This document shows positions 25,115-32,000 of a stretch of DNA of 32,000 nt, piece after piece. Position numbers and translations under genes: made by a program. The DNA is from a bacterium. GTDB taxonomy: Bacteria > Bacillota > Clostridia > TANB77 > RGIG9151. Under the pieces are notes generated by a model. It was not told where the DNA came from. It searched no databases and worked only from the letters and a program-made list of their open reading frames with translations. Numbering within the stretch: the stretch's first letter is position 1; the number at the start of each line of letters is the position of its first letter. The DNA lies in contig CAVHFU010000008.1 in the NCBI GenBank assembly GCA_963635575.1, positions 12,575 through 44,574 on the forward strand, written 5' to 3'.

Positions 25115-27670
25115 ATGTTAATATTATCTTTTTTGGTTCCGGTATTACTGTGGTTACTGGCCATAGCAGTATGCGAAATTTTTCCTTTTGGAGAGTATAC
25201 ATTACTTACATCTGATATGTTTTTTCAGTATACTTATTTTTTAGAGTTTTACCAAAGGGTATTACAAGAAGGAATTGATGTATTTTACTCCTTTGCATAT
25301 GGTTTAGGCTCAGAAACATTGGGACTAATAGCATATTATTTAGCTAGTCCCCTAAATTTTATACTTTATCTCTTTAGTAAAGAAAATATAACGGAGGCTA
25401 TATTAACTATTAATCTAGTTAAAATTGGTTTGTGTGGCTTAAGTTTTGGAATATTTCTAAAAGCAAAGTTTAATAAAAAATCTTGGATTAATATAGGATT
25501 TTCCACTTGTTATGCACTTATGGCATATAACATGGTTTATCAATTTAATATAATGTGGTTGGATGGAGTAATTTTATTACCTATTATAGTTTTAGGAATT
25601 GATAGACTCTTTGAAAAAAATAAGCCTTTTTTATTTTACTTTAGCTTGCTTGTTGCGATAATTTCTAATTGGTATATTGGGTGGATGTTATGTATCTTTT
25701 CGTTTTTATATGTAATATATTTATCATCGCCTAATTTTAGAGAAAATATAAAGAAGATAGGTAAGTTAATTTTAGTTGGAATATTATGTGCAGGTTCGGC
25801 TATGATTACTATACTACCAACTGTTTATTCTCAATTACAAGTTGAATCCAGATTGGATTTAGTAAAAGATAATATTGGAAATATAAACTTTAAAGCTTTA
25901 GATATCTTATCTAAGTTTATTACGGGCTCATTTTACTATGGGGAAATAACTAGCAAAAATGTATATTCTGAGTTCTTAAATTTGCCAAATGTTTTTTGCG
26001 GTATTTTTATTACTCTTTTAGTCATATTATATTTTACAAATAAAAAAATAGACAAAAAAGATAAGATTAAAGATGGCGTTATTTTGACGATTATGTTTGT
26101 AAGTTGTTTATTTAACGCTATTAATATTATTTGGCATGGATTTAGTATTAACGCGTGGTTTCCGTATAGATATTCATTTATTATAAGTTTTGTAATGATT
26201 TTTATTGCATATAAGAGTTATTGGAAACTAGATGATATTGATAATAAAAAAACATTAAAGATATTTGGAATAATAGCGCTAATTTGCTTTGTTATCGAAA
26301 AAATGGAATATACTTATTTAGTAGATGGGGTAATATATGTAACATTGCTGATTTTGGGGATGTATATTTATGTACTTATATGTTGTAAAAATAAGAAATA
26401 CTTTATAGGTTTATTGGATTTTATTATTTGTTTTGAATTGCTTATAAACGCCATCATTGTATTCCCCAATTTTTTATATAGAAGTAGAAATGAAATTTAT
26501 GCTACAGAAGCAGCTTTTAATACGGCGATAGAAAGTATAGAAGAAAATGACAATGGATATTTTAGAGTGGAAAATAATATTGGTCAAGCTCCTCTTCAGT
26601 TTGGGAAAAATGTAATAGGAGTAAGTAATAGCAGTAGTACTGCTATGGAAAAGGGATTTGCATTGCTAGACGGATTGGGATTTTATAGAATTAGTAATGT
26701 TACTTTGAATTACAATTTTACTACTCCATTTAACGATTCTATTTTAGGGATAAAGTATCTTGTAGGAGATGGAGAAAAAACTTATTATAAGGAATATGAT
26801 AAGGAAAATAAAATTTGGATAAATCCTGATGCTTTATCTTTAGGGTTTATGGTAAATGGGAAAATAGATAATGTAAAAGATTTATTAAATTTAGCCGGAA
26901 CTTCAAGAGACCCATTTGAAAATCAAAATAATATAGCTCAGAATATGATTAAAAACGGAAAAGAAATCTTTAATAAAATAAATATTTCTTCGATAGAGCG
27001 TAATAATTTAATTGAGAGTGAAGGAAGATTTTATCAGGAAAGTAAGCTTGAACCGTCATCCATTAAATTTGAAATTGATGTTGAAGAAGAAAAAGATATT
27101 TATTTAGAAATATATGGAAAAGGAGCTGATGAAAAGAAAGAGAAGCTATATGTAAATGGTAATGACTTTTTAGGAAAAGAAAAATATGTAGAGGATTTTG
27201 GTATTATTAATCTAGGTAAATTTAAAAAAGGTGAAAAAGTAGAAATTGAAATTAAGTATTTAACTACTGGTGAGTTTCCGGTAAAAAGCGTATATGCGTA
27301 TTATTTTAATGAAGATGAATATAAGGAATTAATAAGTGAATTAAAAAATAATCAGCTAGATATTTATAATATGACTAGTTCGAAGTTAGAAGGAAGAGTT
27401 AATGCGACTAATGATAAAGAAATTTTACTTATAACATTTTTATATAATGGCTTTATGAAAGTAAAGGTAGATGGCGAAGAGGTAAAACCGGTAGAGGTTT
27501 TGGATTCACTAATTGGAATTAAATTATCTGAAGGAGAACATACGATAGAATTATGGTATGAGCCGACATTAGTAAAAATAAGCGGATTGGTTTCGTTGGT
27601 GTTCATTATTAGCTCTTGCTTGGTAATTTCATTGTGTTTTAGAGAAAAAGGTTATAAAAAGGAGTTTTAA
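25115..27670 (+). CDS. YfhO family GT-C membrane glycosyltransferase
   Basis: 851 aa. The N-terminus IFPFGEYTLLTSDMFFQYTYFLEFYQRVLQEG..FYSFAYGLGSETLGLIAYYLASPLNF closely follows the YfhO pattern (compare B. subtilis YfhO as I recall it: YPFG.KTLL..DM..QY..F...). About 13 TM segments, a large extracytoplasmic C-terminal domain and a final TM anchor. Confidence 0.85.
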   Translation: MLILSFLVPVLLWLLAIAVCEIFPFGEYTLLTSDMFFQYTYFLEFYQRVLQEGIDVFYSFAYGLGSETLGLIAYYLASPLNFILYLFSKENITEAILTINLVKIGLCGLSFGIFLKAKFNKKSWINIGFSTCYALMAYNMVYQFNIMWLDGVILLPIIVLGIDRLFEKNKPFLFYFSLLVAIISNWYIGWMLCIFSFLYVIYLSSPNFRENIKKIGKLILVGILCAGSAMITILPTVYSQLQVESRLDLVKDNIGNINFKALDILSKFITGSFYYGEITSKNVYSEFLNLPNVFCGIFITLLVILYFTNKKIDKKDKIKDGVILTIMFVSCLFNAINIIWHGFSINAWFPYRYSFIISFVMIFIAYKSYWKLDDIDNKKTLKIFGIIALICFVIEKMEYTYLVDGVIYVTLLILGMYIYVLICCKNKKYFIGLLDFIICFELLINAIIVFPNFLYRSRNEIYATEAAFNTAIESIEENDNGYFRVENNIGQAPLQFGKNVIGVSNSSSTAMEKGFALLDGLGFYRISNVTLNYNFTTPFNDSILGIKYLVGDGEKTYYKEYDKENKIWINPDALSLGFMVNGKIDNVKDLLNLAGTSRDPFENQNNIAQNMIKNGKEIFNKINISSIERNNLIESEGRFYQESKLEPSSIKFEIDVEEEKDIYLEIYGKGADEKKEKLYVNGNDFLGKEKYVEDFGIINLGKFKKGEKVEIEIKYLTTGEFPVKSVYAYYFNEDEYKELISELKNNQLDIYNMTSSKLEGRVNATNDKEILLITFLYNGFMKVKVDGEEVKPVEVLDSLIGIKLSEGEHTIELWYEPTLVKISGLVSLVFIISSCLVISLCFREKGYKKEF

Positions 27671-27671
27671 T

Positions 27672-28150
27672 ATGCGAAAATATTGTAATTACTTTATAAT
27701 ATTAGCTGTTGCTATTATATTACTAATACCAATGTTTCTTAATGAATATCCAGATTTTAAATCTGATGCATCATTTCATATTGCAAATGTGTTAGCTATT
27801 AAAGAACAGATTTCGCAAGGAAGATGGGAGAGCTTAATTTTAGGTAAAATAGCTAATAATTTTGGATATGGTACAAGAATATTTTACCCTCCTCTCTCTC
27901 AAACGGTAACGGCTTTTATTAGTTATTTTATTTGGGATACAACTTAGAAAAAGGCAATGAGATTATAGACTTATATGAGAATTCTAATGGCTTCTTGGAA
28001 GCTAAAATAAAAGAGAATGGAAGATATATTTTAACACATAAACTTACGATTATACAGAGAATTGCTAGGGTAATTTCGTTATTCACATGTATTAGTTTAG
28101 TTGTAATATATATTGCTAAATTTAGATATAGAAATAACATTAATGAATAG
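27672..28150 (+). pseudogene. Remnant of a second GT-C/YfhO-like membrane glycosyltransferase (N-terminal 91 codons fused out of frame to about 72 C-terminal codons)
   Basis: ORF 27672..27947 encodes TM1 plus a loop with an Asp/His motif (PDFKSDASFHIANVLAIKEQISQGRW...GYGTRIFYPPL), typical of the start of large GT-C enzymes, but stops after 91 aa. ORF 27932..28150 is in another frame and has only a TTG start. It encodes ...ENGRYILTHKLTIIQRIARVISLFTCISLVVIYIAKF, mirroring the YfhO C-terminal end (EGEHTIELWYEPTLVKISGLVSLVFIISSCLVISLCF). Confidence 0.6.
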
Positions 28151-28231
28151 ACAGTATATTTTAACAAGAAAATAACGAAGAAGCAAAACTAGGATATAAA
28201 ATACATTTTTTTTGTCAAATTGCATATAAAT

Positions 28232-28263
28232 ATATTGACGTACGTCAATATGTACGCTAAAAT
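28232..28263 (+). promoter_or_regulatory. yefM-yoeB promoter (TTGACG-17 nt-TAAAAT) overlapped by a perfect 20-bp palindromic operator candidate
   Basis: ATATTGACGTACGTCAATAT (28232..28251) is a perfect palindrome. -35 TTGACG is at 28235..28240 and -10 TAAAAT at 28258..28263. A second GTAC core sits at 28252..28255. Confidence 0.7.
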
Positions 28264-28286
28264 ATATTTATGAGGAGGAGATAAAA

Positions 28287-28538
28287 ATGACAAATGTAAA
28301 TATAACTAATTTTCGAAAAAATGTATATGAATTACTAGAAACGGCTATAAAATACAATGAACCGATTAATATTTCTACTAAAAACGGTAATGCAGTTGTA
28401 TTGTCTGAAGATGATTATAAAAATATCATGGAAACATTATATATATCATCTATACCTGGTTTAAAGGAAGAAATTGTAGAAGGATTAAATGCGAATGATA
28501 GTGAGTTCGTGCCGGAGGACGAGGTGGATTGGAACTGA
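28287..28538 (+). CDS. yefM: Phd/YefM family antitoxin
   Basis: 83 aa, with a GAGGAGGAG RBS. ITNFRKNVYELLETAIKYNEPINISTKNGNAVVLSEDDYKNIMETLYI is the YefM fold signature. Confidence 0.9.
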   Translation: MTNVNITNFRKNVYELLETAIKYNEPINISTKNGNAVVLSEDDYKNIMETLYISSIPGLKEEIVEGLNANDSEFVPEDEVDWN

Positions 28539-28804
28539 TGTATGAAATAGAATACAGAAAACAAATTTTAAAAGATATCCCCAAAATAAAGGAAATAGGA
28601 CTAAATAATAAGGTGGCACAATTAATTGATGTCATAAAAAGTAACCCTTACCAAACACCACCACCATATGAGAAATTACTGGGTGATTTGAATGGTGCGT
28701 ATTCAAGGAGAATTAATAATAAACACAGGCTTGTATATCAAGTGTTAGAGGAAAAAAAGAAAGTTAGGATATTAAGTGTATGGTCACATTACGAAAATAT
28801 ATAG
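28538..28804 (+). CDS. yoeB: Txe/YoeB family toxin (ribosome-dependent mRNA interferase)
   Basis: Start taken at ATG 28538, which overlaps the antitoxin TGA by 1 nt. The C-terminal SRRINNKHRLVYQV....V.ILSVWSHYE matches YoeB catalytic-region conservation. Confidence 0.9.
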   Translation: MYEIEYRKQILKDIPKIKEIGLNNKVAQLIDVIKSNPYQTPPPYEKLLGDLNGAYSRRINNKHRLVYQVLEEKKKVRILSVWSHYENI

Positions 28805-28811
28805 AAGTTTT

Positions 28812-28837
28812 AAAACACGTGTAAAAGCGTGTTTTTT
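28812..28837 (+). terminator. Intrinsic terminator after yoeB
   Basis: AAAACACG (28812..28819), 8-nt loop, CGTGTTTT (28828..28835), with the T-run continuing to 28837. Confidence 0.7.
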
Positions 28838-28962
28838 CTTTTGCAATATGATTTAATGAATAATATTTTTAAATTGCGTTTCAAGATAATTAAAGAAAAA
28901 ACGAGGAAAATGAAGAAAAAACGAGTTTAGAAATGAAGAATTAAAATGTTTTTAAAATTGTG

Positions 28963-28991
28963 TTGACATAGATTATGTTACGTTGTATAAT
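28963..28991 (+). promoter_or_regulatory. Consensus sigma-A promoter of rplM-rpsI (TTGACA-17 nt-TATAAT)
   Basis: TTGACA at 28963..28968, a 17-nt spacer, and TATAAT at 28986..28991. An AT-rich upstream region may act as an UP element. Confidence 0.8.
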
Positions 28992-29056
28992 AGTAAAGTC
29001 GTTGTTAAGGCAATTACATTAAAAAATATATAAAAAGATTGAAAGGAAGGGTAATA

Positions 29057-29494
29057 ATGAACGCAACACATATCGTAAAAGCAAGCGAAATCGAAAGAGC
29101 TTGGTATTTAGTTGACGCTGAAGGACTTACACTTGGTAGAGTTGCAAGTGAAGTTGCTAAAATTTTAAAGGGTAAAAACAAACCTACTTATTCTACAAAT
29201 ATGGACTGTGGAGATTACGTTATCGTTATTAATGCTGATAAAGTAAAACTTACAGGTGCAAAATTAACTCAAAAATTATACAGACATCATACAGGTTTTC
29301 CTGGTGGACTTAAAGAAGTTAAGGCTAAGGACATGTTAGAAAGAAGACCAGTTAGAATGTTTGAATTAGCAGTTAAAGGAATGCTTCCTAAGAATGCTTT
29401 AGGTAGAGAAATGATTAAAAAGTTGAAGGTTTATGCCGGAGCTGAACATGAACATGCTGCACAAAAACCTGAAAAATTAGAAATTAAGGCATAA
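29057..29494 (+). CDS. rplM: 50S ribosomal protein L13
   Basis: Track ORF 29039..29494, with the start moved to ATG 29057 ([32 protein letters not shown]) after a GAAAGGAAGGG RBS. Confidence 0.95.
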   Translation: MNATHIVKASEIERAWYLVDAEGLTLGRVASEVAKILKGKNKPTYSTNMDCGDYVIVINADKVKLTGAKLTQKLYRHHTGFPGGLKEVKAKDMLERRPVRMFELAVKGMLPKNALGREMIKKLKVYAGAEHEHAAQKPEKLEIKA

Positions 29495-29507
29495 GGAGGA
29501 AACGATA

Positions 29508-29900
29508 ATGGCTAAGAATTATTTTTATGGTACTGGTAGAAGAAAAGAAGCTGTTGCACGTGTAAGACTTGTTCCTGGAAAAGGAAAGATTACAATTAAC
29601 GGAAAAACTATTGAAGAATTTTTTGGTTTAGAAACACTTAGAATGATAGTAAAGCAACCATTAGTTTTAACAAACAATGAAGCTAAATATGATATCATTG
29701 CAAAGGTTATCGGTGGAGGATATACCGGTCAAGCTGGAGCTATCCGTCACGGTTTATCTCGTGCTTTACTTCAAGCAAACGAAGAGAACAGAGCAGTTCT
29801 TAAGAAAGCTGGTTTCTTAACAAGAGATCCAAGAATGAAGGAAAGAAAGAAGTACGGATTAAAGAAAGCAAGAAAAGCACCACAATTCTCAAAGAGATAA
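29508..29900 (+). CDS. rpsI: 30S ribosomal protein S9
   Basis: 130 aa. [13 protein letters not shown] ... [19 protein letters not shown] ... the C-terminal [12 protein letters not shown] is canonical S9. Confidence 0.95.
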   Translation: MAKNYFYGTGRRKEAVARVRLVPGKGKITINGKTIEEFFGLETLRMIVKQPLVLTNNEAKYDIIAKVIGGGYTGQAGAIRHGLSRALLQANEENRAVLKKAGFLTRDPRMKERKKYGLKKARKAPQFSKR

Positions 29901-29912
29901 TGTCAAACATGC

Positions 29913-29947
29913 AACCCCCAAGAATTTATGTTCTTGGGGTTGTTTTT
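29913..29947 (+). terminator. Intrinsic terminator after rpsI
   Basis: AACCCCCAAGAA (29913..29924), loop TTTATG, TTCTTGGGGTT (29931..29941; one bulged C), then GTTTTT. Confidence 0.85.
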
Positions 29948-30128
29948 GCTATAATTTGAAGATTTATAATGAAATATAGATATATGAATACTAGGATTGC
30001 TAAATATGATATAATAGCCTTGAGTGTTATGAAGTTTAGAAAGTATTATATAAAAATATCTAGTATAAAGCATTAGAATAAAATATTAGTGAAGAATAAA
30101 TAAAATAGTTTTAAGGAGGGAAGTATAA

Positions 30129-31520
30129 ATGTCAGAAAATCAAAATGTCGAGTGGAAAGAAATGTGGCGGGATGAATATCTAAAATGGATTTGTGGTTTT
30201 GCTAATGCACAAGGTGGCAAGTTGGTAATAGGTATAAATGATAACGGAAGAATAATAGGAATAAATAATGCAAAAAGCCTTATGGAATCGATTCCAACCA
30301 AGGTTAGAGATACTATGGGAATAATTGTTGATGTAAATTTAAAAATAGAGAAAGGTAAAGAGTATATAGAAATATATATCGAAACGTATCCGTTTCCTAT
30401 AAGCTTAAGAGGTAAATATTATTATCGCTCAGGTAGTACTTTATTAGAGCTTTCAGGTCATTCACTCGATAATTTTATGTTGAAAAAAGTCGGAAAAACA
30501 TGGGATGGTGTTCCAATACCTTATGAATCTATTGATAGCTTGAGTAAAAATGCTATTAATGTTTTTAGAGAAAAGGCCTTGCAAAGTGGAAGGTTATCGG
30601 CAGAAGATTTAGAAGTAAGTGATGAAATTTTACTTAAAAATTTGCAATTATACGAGGGAGAATACTTAATAAGGGCTGCTATAATGATGTTTCACCCTAA
30701 TCCTGAGAAATGGGTACAGGGAGCATATATAAAGATAGGATTTTTTGGAGTGTCTGATGCCGAGTTGTTATACCAAGATGAAATACATGGACCGTTAATA
30801 GAACAAGCGGATAAAGCAATAGATATAATTTATCAAAAATATTTAAAAGCACTTATAAGTTATGATGATATTCAAAGAGTGGAAACATATATTTTCCCGA
30901 GGGAAGGATTTAGAGAAATTCTATTGAATGCTATCAATCATAAAGATTATAGTACGGGAATTCCAATACAGATAAGTATTTATGAAGATAAAATTTATGT
31001 ATGGAATGATGGGAAATTGCCAAATGAAGTTCCGGTGGAGAAGTTGTTTGAAAAGCATTCTTCAATTCCATTTAACCCCAAAATTGCGGATGTATTTTTT
31101 AAATCAGGTGCAATAGAGTCGTGGGGACGAGGCGTTGAGAAGATTATAAATACTTGTAAAAAGTATAATAACACACCAATACCTGAGTATGATGTTTCAA
31201 CAAGAGGAATAATGGTAAAGTGTGTTGCCAATAGCAAATATATTAACTTATTAAAAGAACACGGATTAATAGAAAATCAGAAGAAGGAACAAGAAGACCG
31301 AACAAGAAAACCGAACAAGAAAACCGAACAAGAAAACAAAATAATAGAATTTTGTAATATTCCTAAAAGCGTTAAGGAAATAATGGAACATATAGGAATG
31401 AAACATAGACCTACATTTATGTATAATTATTTAACTCCTCTAATAGAAAGGGAAATATTGGAGATGACAATACCGGAGCAACCAAGGAATAGGAAACAAA
31501 AATATGTTGTAAAAAGATAA
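30129..31520 (+). CDS. AlbA_2 (Schlafen-like 'divergent AAA') domain DNA-binding protein with HATPase_c_4-like region and C-terminal wHTH-like tail; often auto-annotated as RecG-like or transcriptional regulator
   Basis: 463 aa. The N-terminus ENQNVEWKEMWRDEYLKWICGFANAQGGKLVIGINDNG is the AlbA_2 signature. The central FREILLNAINHKDY and ESWGRGVEKI motifs match the associated ATPase-like domain. Confidence 0.75.
   Translation: MSENQNVEWKEMWRDEYLKWICGFANAQGGKLVIGINDNGRIIGINNAKSLMESIPTKVRDTMGIIVDVNLKIEKGKEYIEIYIETYPFPISLRGKYYYRSGSTLLELSGHSLDNFMLKKVGKTWDGVPIPYESIDSLSKNAINVFREKALQSGRLSAEDLEVSDEILLKNLQLYEGEYLIRAAIMMFHPNPEKWVQGAYIKIGFFGVSDAELLYQDEIHGPLIEQADKAIDIIYQKYLKALISYDDIQRVETYIFPREGFREILLNAINHKDYSTGIPIQISIYEDKIYVWNDGKLPNEVPVEKLFEKHSSIPFNPKIADVFFKSGAIESWGRGVEKIINTCKKYNNTPIPEYDVSTRGIMVKCVANSKYINLLKEHGLIENQKKEQEDRTRKPNKKTEQENKIIEFCNIPKSVKEIMEHIGMKHRPTFMYNYLTPLIEREILEMTIPEQPRNRKQKYVVKR
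31285..31336 (+). repeat. 13-bp tandem repeat inside the AlbA_2 CDS (three perfect copies of CCGAACAAGAAAA preceded by one degenerate copy)
   Basis: Perfect units at 31298..31310, 31311..31323 and 31324..31336. A degenerate unit AGGAACAAGAAGA lies at 31285..31297. Confidence 0.9.
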
Positions 31521-31633
31521 GTGGAACGTGGGCAATGATAATTCATAATATCTTCTGCAGAGATTTCCATAAGCTTTTTCCTTTCAAAAATATCTATGAA
31601 TTTATCTTAACATAATCAAAAAATATGATCAAG

Positions 31634-31658
31634 AAAAAAGCACGTATTCGTGCTTTTT
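31634..31658. terminator. Bidirectional intrinsic terminator between the convergent AlbA_2 gene and the small Asn-rich protein gene
   Basis: AAAAAAGCACG (to 31644), loop TATT, CGTGCTTTTT (31649..31658). Confidence 0.8.
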
Positions 31659-31661
31659 CTG

Positions 31662-31982
31662 TTACTGTGCTACATTAGGAATACTTATTTTAGGCATTTG
31701 ATTTCCATTTTTATTCATATCTAGCATATTATTATTCATAGGTGAATTTGTAGGGGAAGGACTTGGAGAAGAAGTATTATTCATTATATCATTTTTGTTT
31801 ATTTCTGTTGGTAAGTTGCTGTTTTTTGGTTGTGTATTCATTAAGTTTTGGTTTATTTGTTGTGGGGTTGTACCATTATTTTTTCCGATATTATTCATTG
31901 TTCCTGATACAGAAACAACGCCGACTAGTAATACTAAACAAGCTAGTCCGAAGAACATAGCTATCCAATTTTTGTTATTCAT
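31662..31982 (-). CDS. Small N-terminally anchored or secreted low-complexity (Asn/Pro/Ser/Thr-rich) protein, unknown function
   Basis: 106 aa, with a GAAAGGAA RBS. MNNKNWIAMFFGLACLVLLVGVVSVSG forms a signal or anchor helix. The remainder is Asn-rich with SSPSPSPTNSP. Confidence 0.5.
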   Translation of the reverse strand: MNNKNWIAMFFGLACLVLLVGVVSVSGTMNNIGKNNGTTPQQINQNLMNTQPKNSNLPTEINKNDIMNNTSSPSPSPTNSPMNNNMLDMNKNGNQMPKISIPNVAQ

Positions 31983-32000
31983 AAAATCATTCCTTTCGAT

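Noticed and set aside
22124-28850. Considered calling the pilin/GT-C/TA region a mobile genomic island.
   Set aside because: No integrase, transposase, flanking tRNA or direct repeats could be identified by eye. The region looks somewhat more AT-rich than the neighbouring oxidoreductase operon, but I did not compute composition, and membrane-protein genes are AT-biased anyway. The accessory character rests only on the TA module and the decayed gene.
28992-29056. Checked the rplM 5' UTR for an L13-type ribosomal-protein leader structure.
   Set aside because: The UTR is only about 60 nt, very AT-rich, and has no evident conserved stem-loops.
31427-31570. 47-codon minus-strand ORF starting at ATG 31570 (MEISAEDIMNYHCPR...). 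Its first residues are reminiscent of the N-terminus of DUF1836-type proteins, suggesting a gene fragment truncated by insertion of the AlbA_2 gene.
   Set aside because: Only about 15 residues lie outside the AlbA_2 CDS, and the rest is antisense to it and low complexity. The similarity is from memory and too short to support a call.
1-32000. Scanned for CRISPR arrays, rRNA genes, riboswitch/T-box leaders, retron or diversity-generating elements, and insertion sequences.
   Set aside because: No regularly spaced 25-40 bp repeats, no rRNA-like conserved blocks, no reverse transcriptase or transposase ORFs, and no long structured leaders with recognisable motifs were seen.

Overview
AT-rich, low-GC Firmicutes-type chromosomal segment. 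Gene content and order suggest an anaerobic Clostridia/Tissierellia-like organism, but that taxon is only a guess. Most of the window is housekeeping: comM/yifB, rny, tRNA-Arg(CCG), an S66 LD-carboxypeptidase, pth, ung, a hemolysin-III family protein, lon, a GIY-YIG protein, a DUF975 protein and two co-transcribed SLH cell-wall proteins. It continues with a stand-alone GlmU acetyltransferase domain, der-plsY-gpsA, a four-subunit 2-oxoacid:ferredoxin oxidoreductase operon (gamma-delta-alpha-beta, minus strand), rplM-rpsI and an AlbA_2/Schlafen-like DNA-binding protein. The stand-out region is about 22.3-28.2 kb, a tightly packed plus-strand operon. It encodes three tandem ~50-residue pilin-like proteins; one is missing from the ORF track and one starts at GTG. 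Two larger TadE/TadG-like proteins follow with the same basic-GG-hydrophobic N-terminus, then a minimal two-aspartate A24 prepilin peptidase, an 851-aa YfhO-type GT-C glycosyltransferase and the deleted remnant of a second GT-C gene. A yefM-yoeB toxin-antitoxin pair follows. No pilus ATPase or platform gene (TadA/CpaF, TadB/C, PilB/C) occurs anywhere in the window. I read this as a candidate undescribed pilin-processing plus pilin- or envelope-glycosylation module. No CRISPR array, rRNA, transposase or integrase was seen. All coordinates, motifs and hairpins were derived by eye from the sequence; family assignments rest on recognisable motifs, not on database searches.
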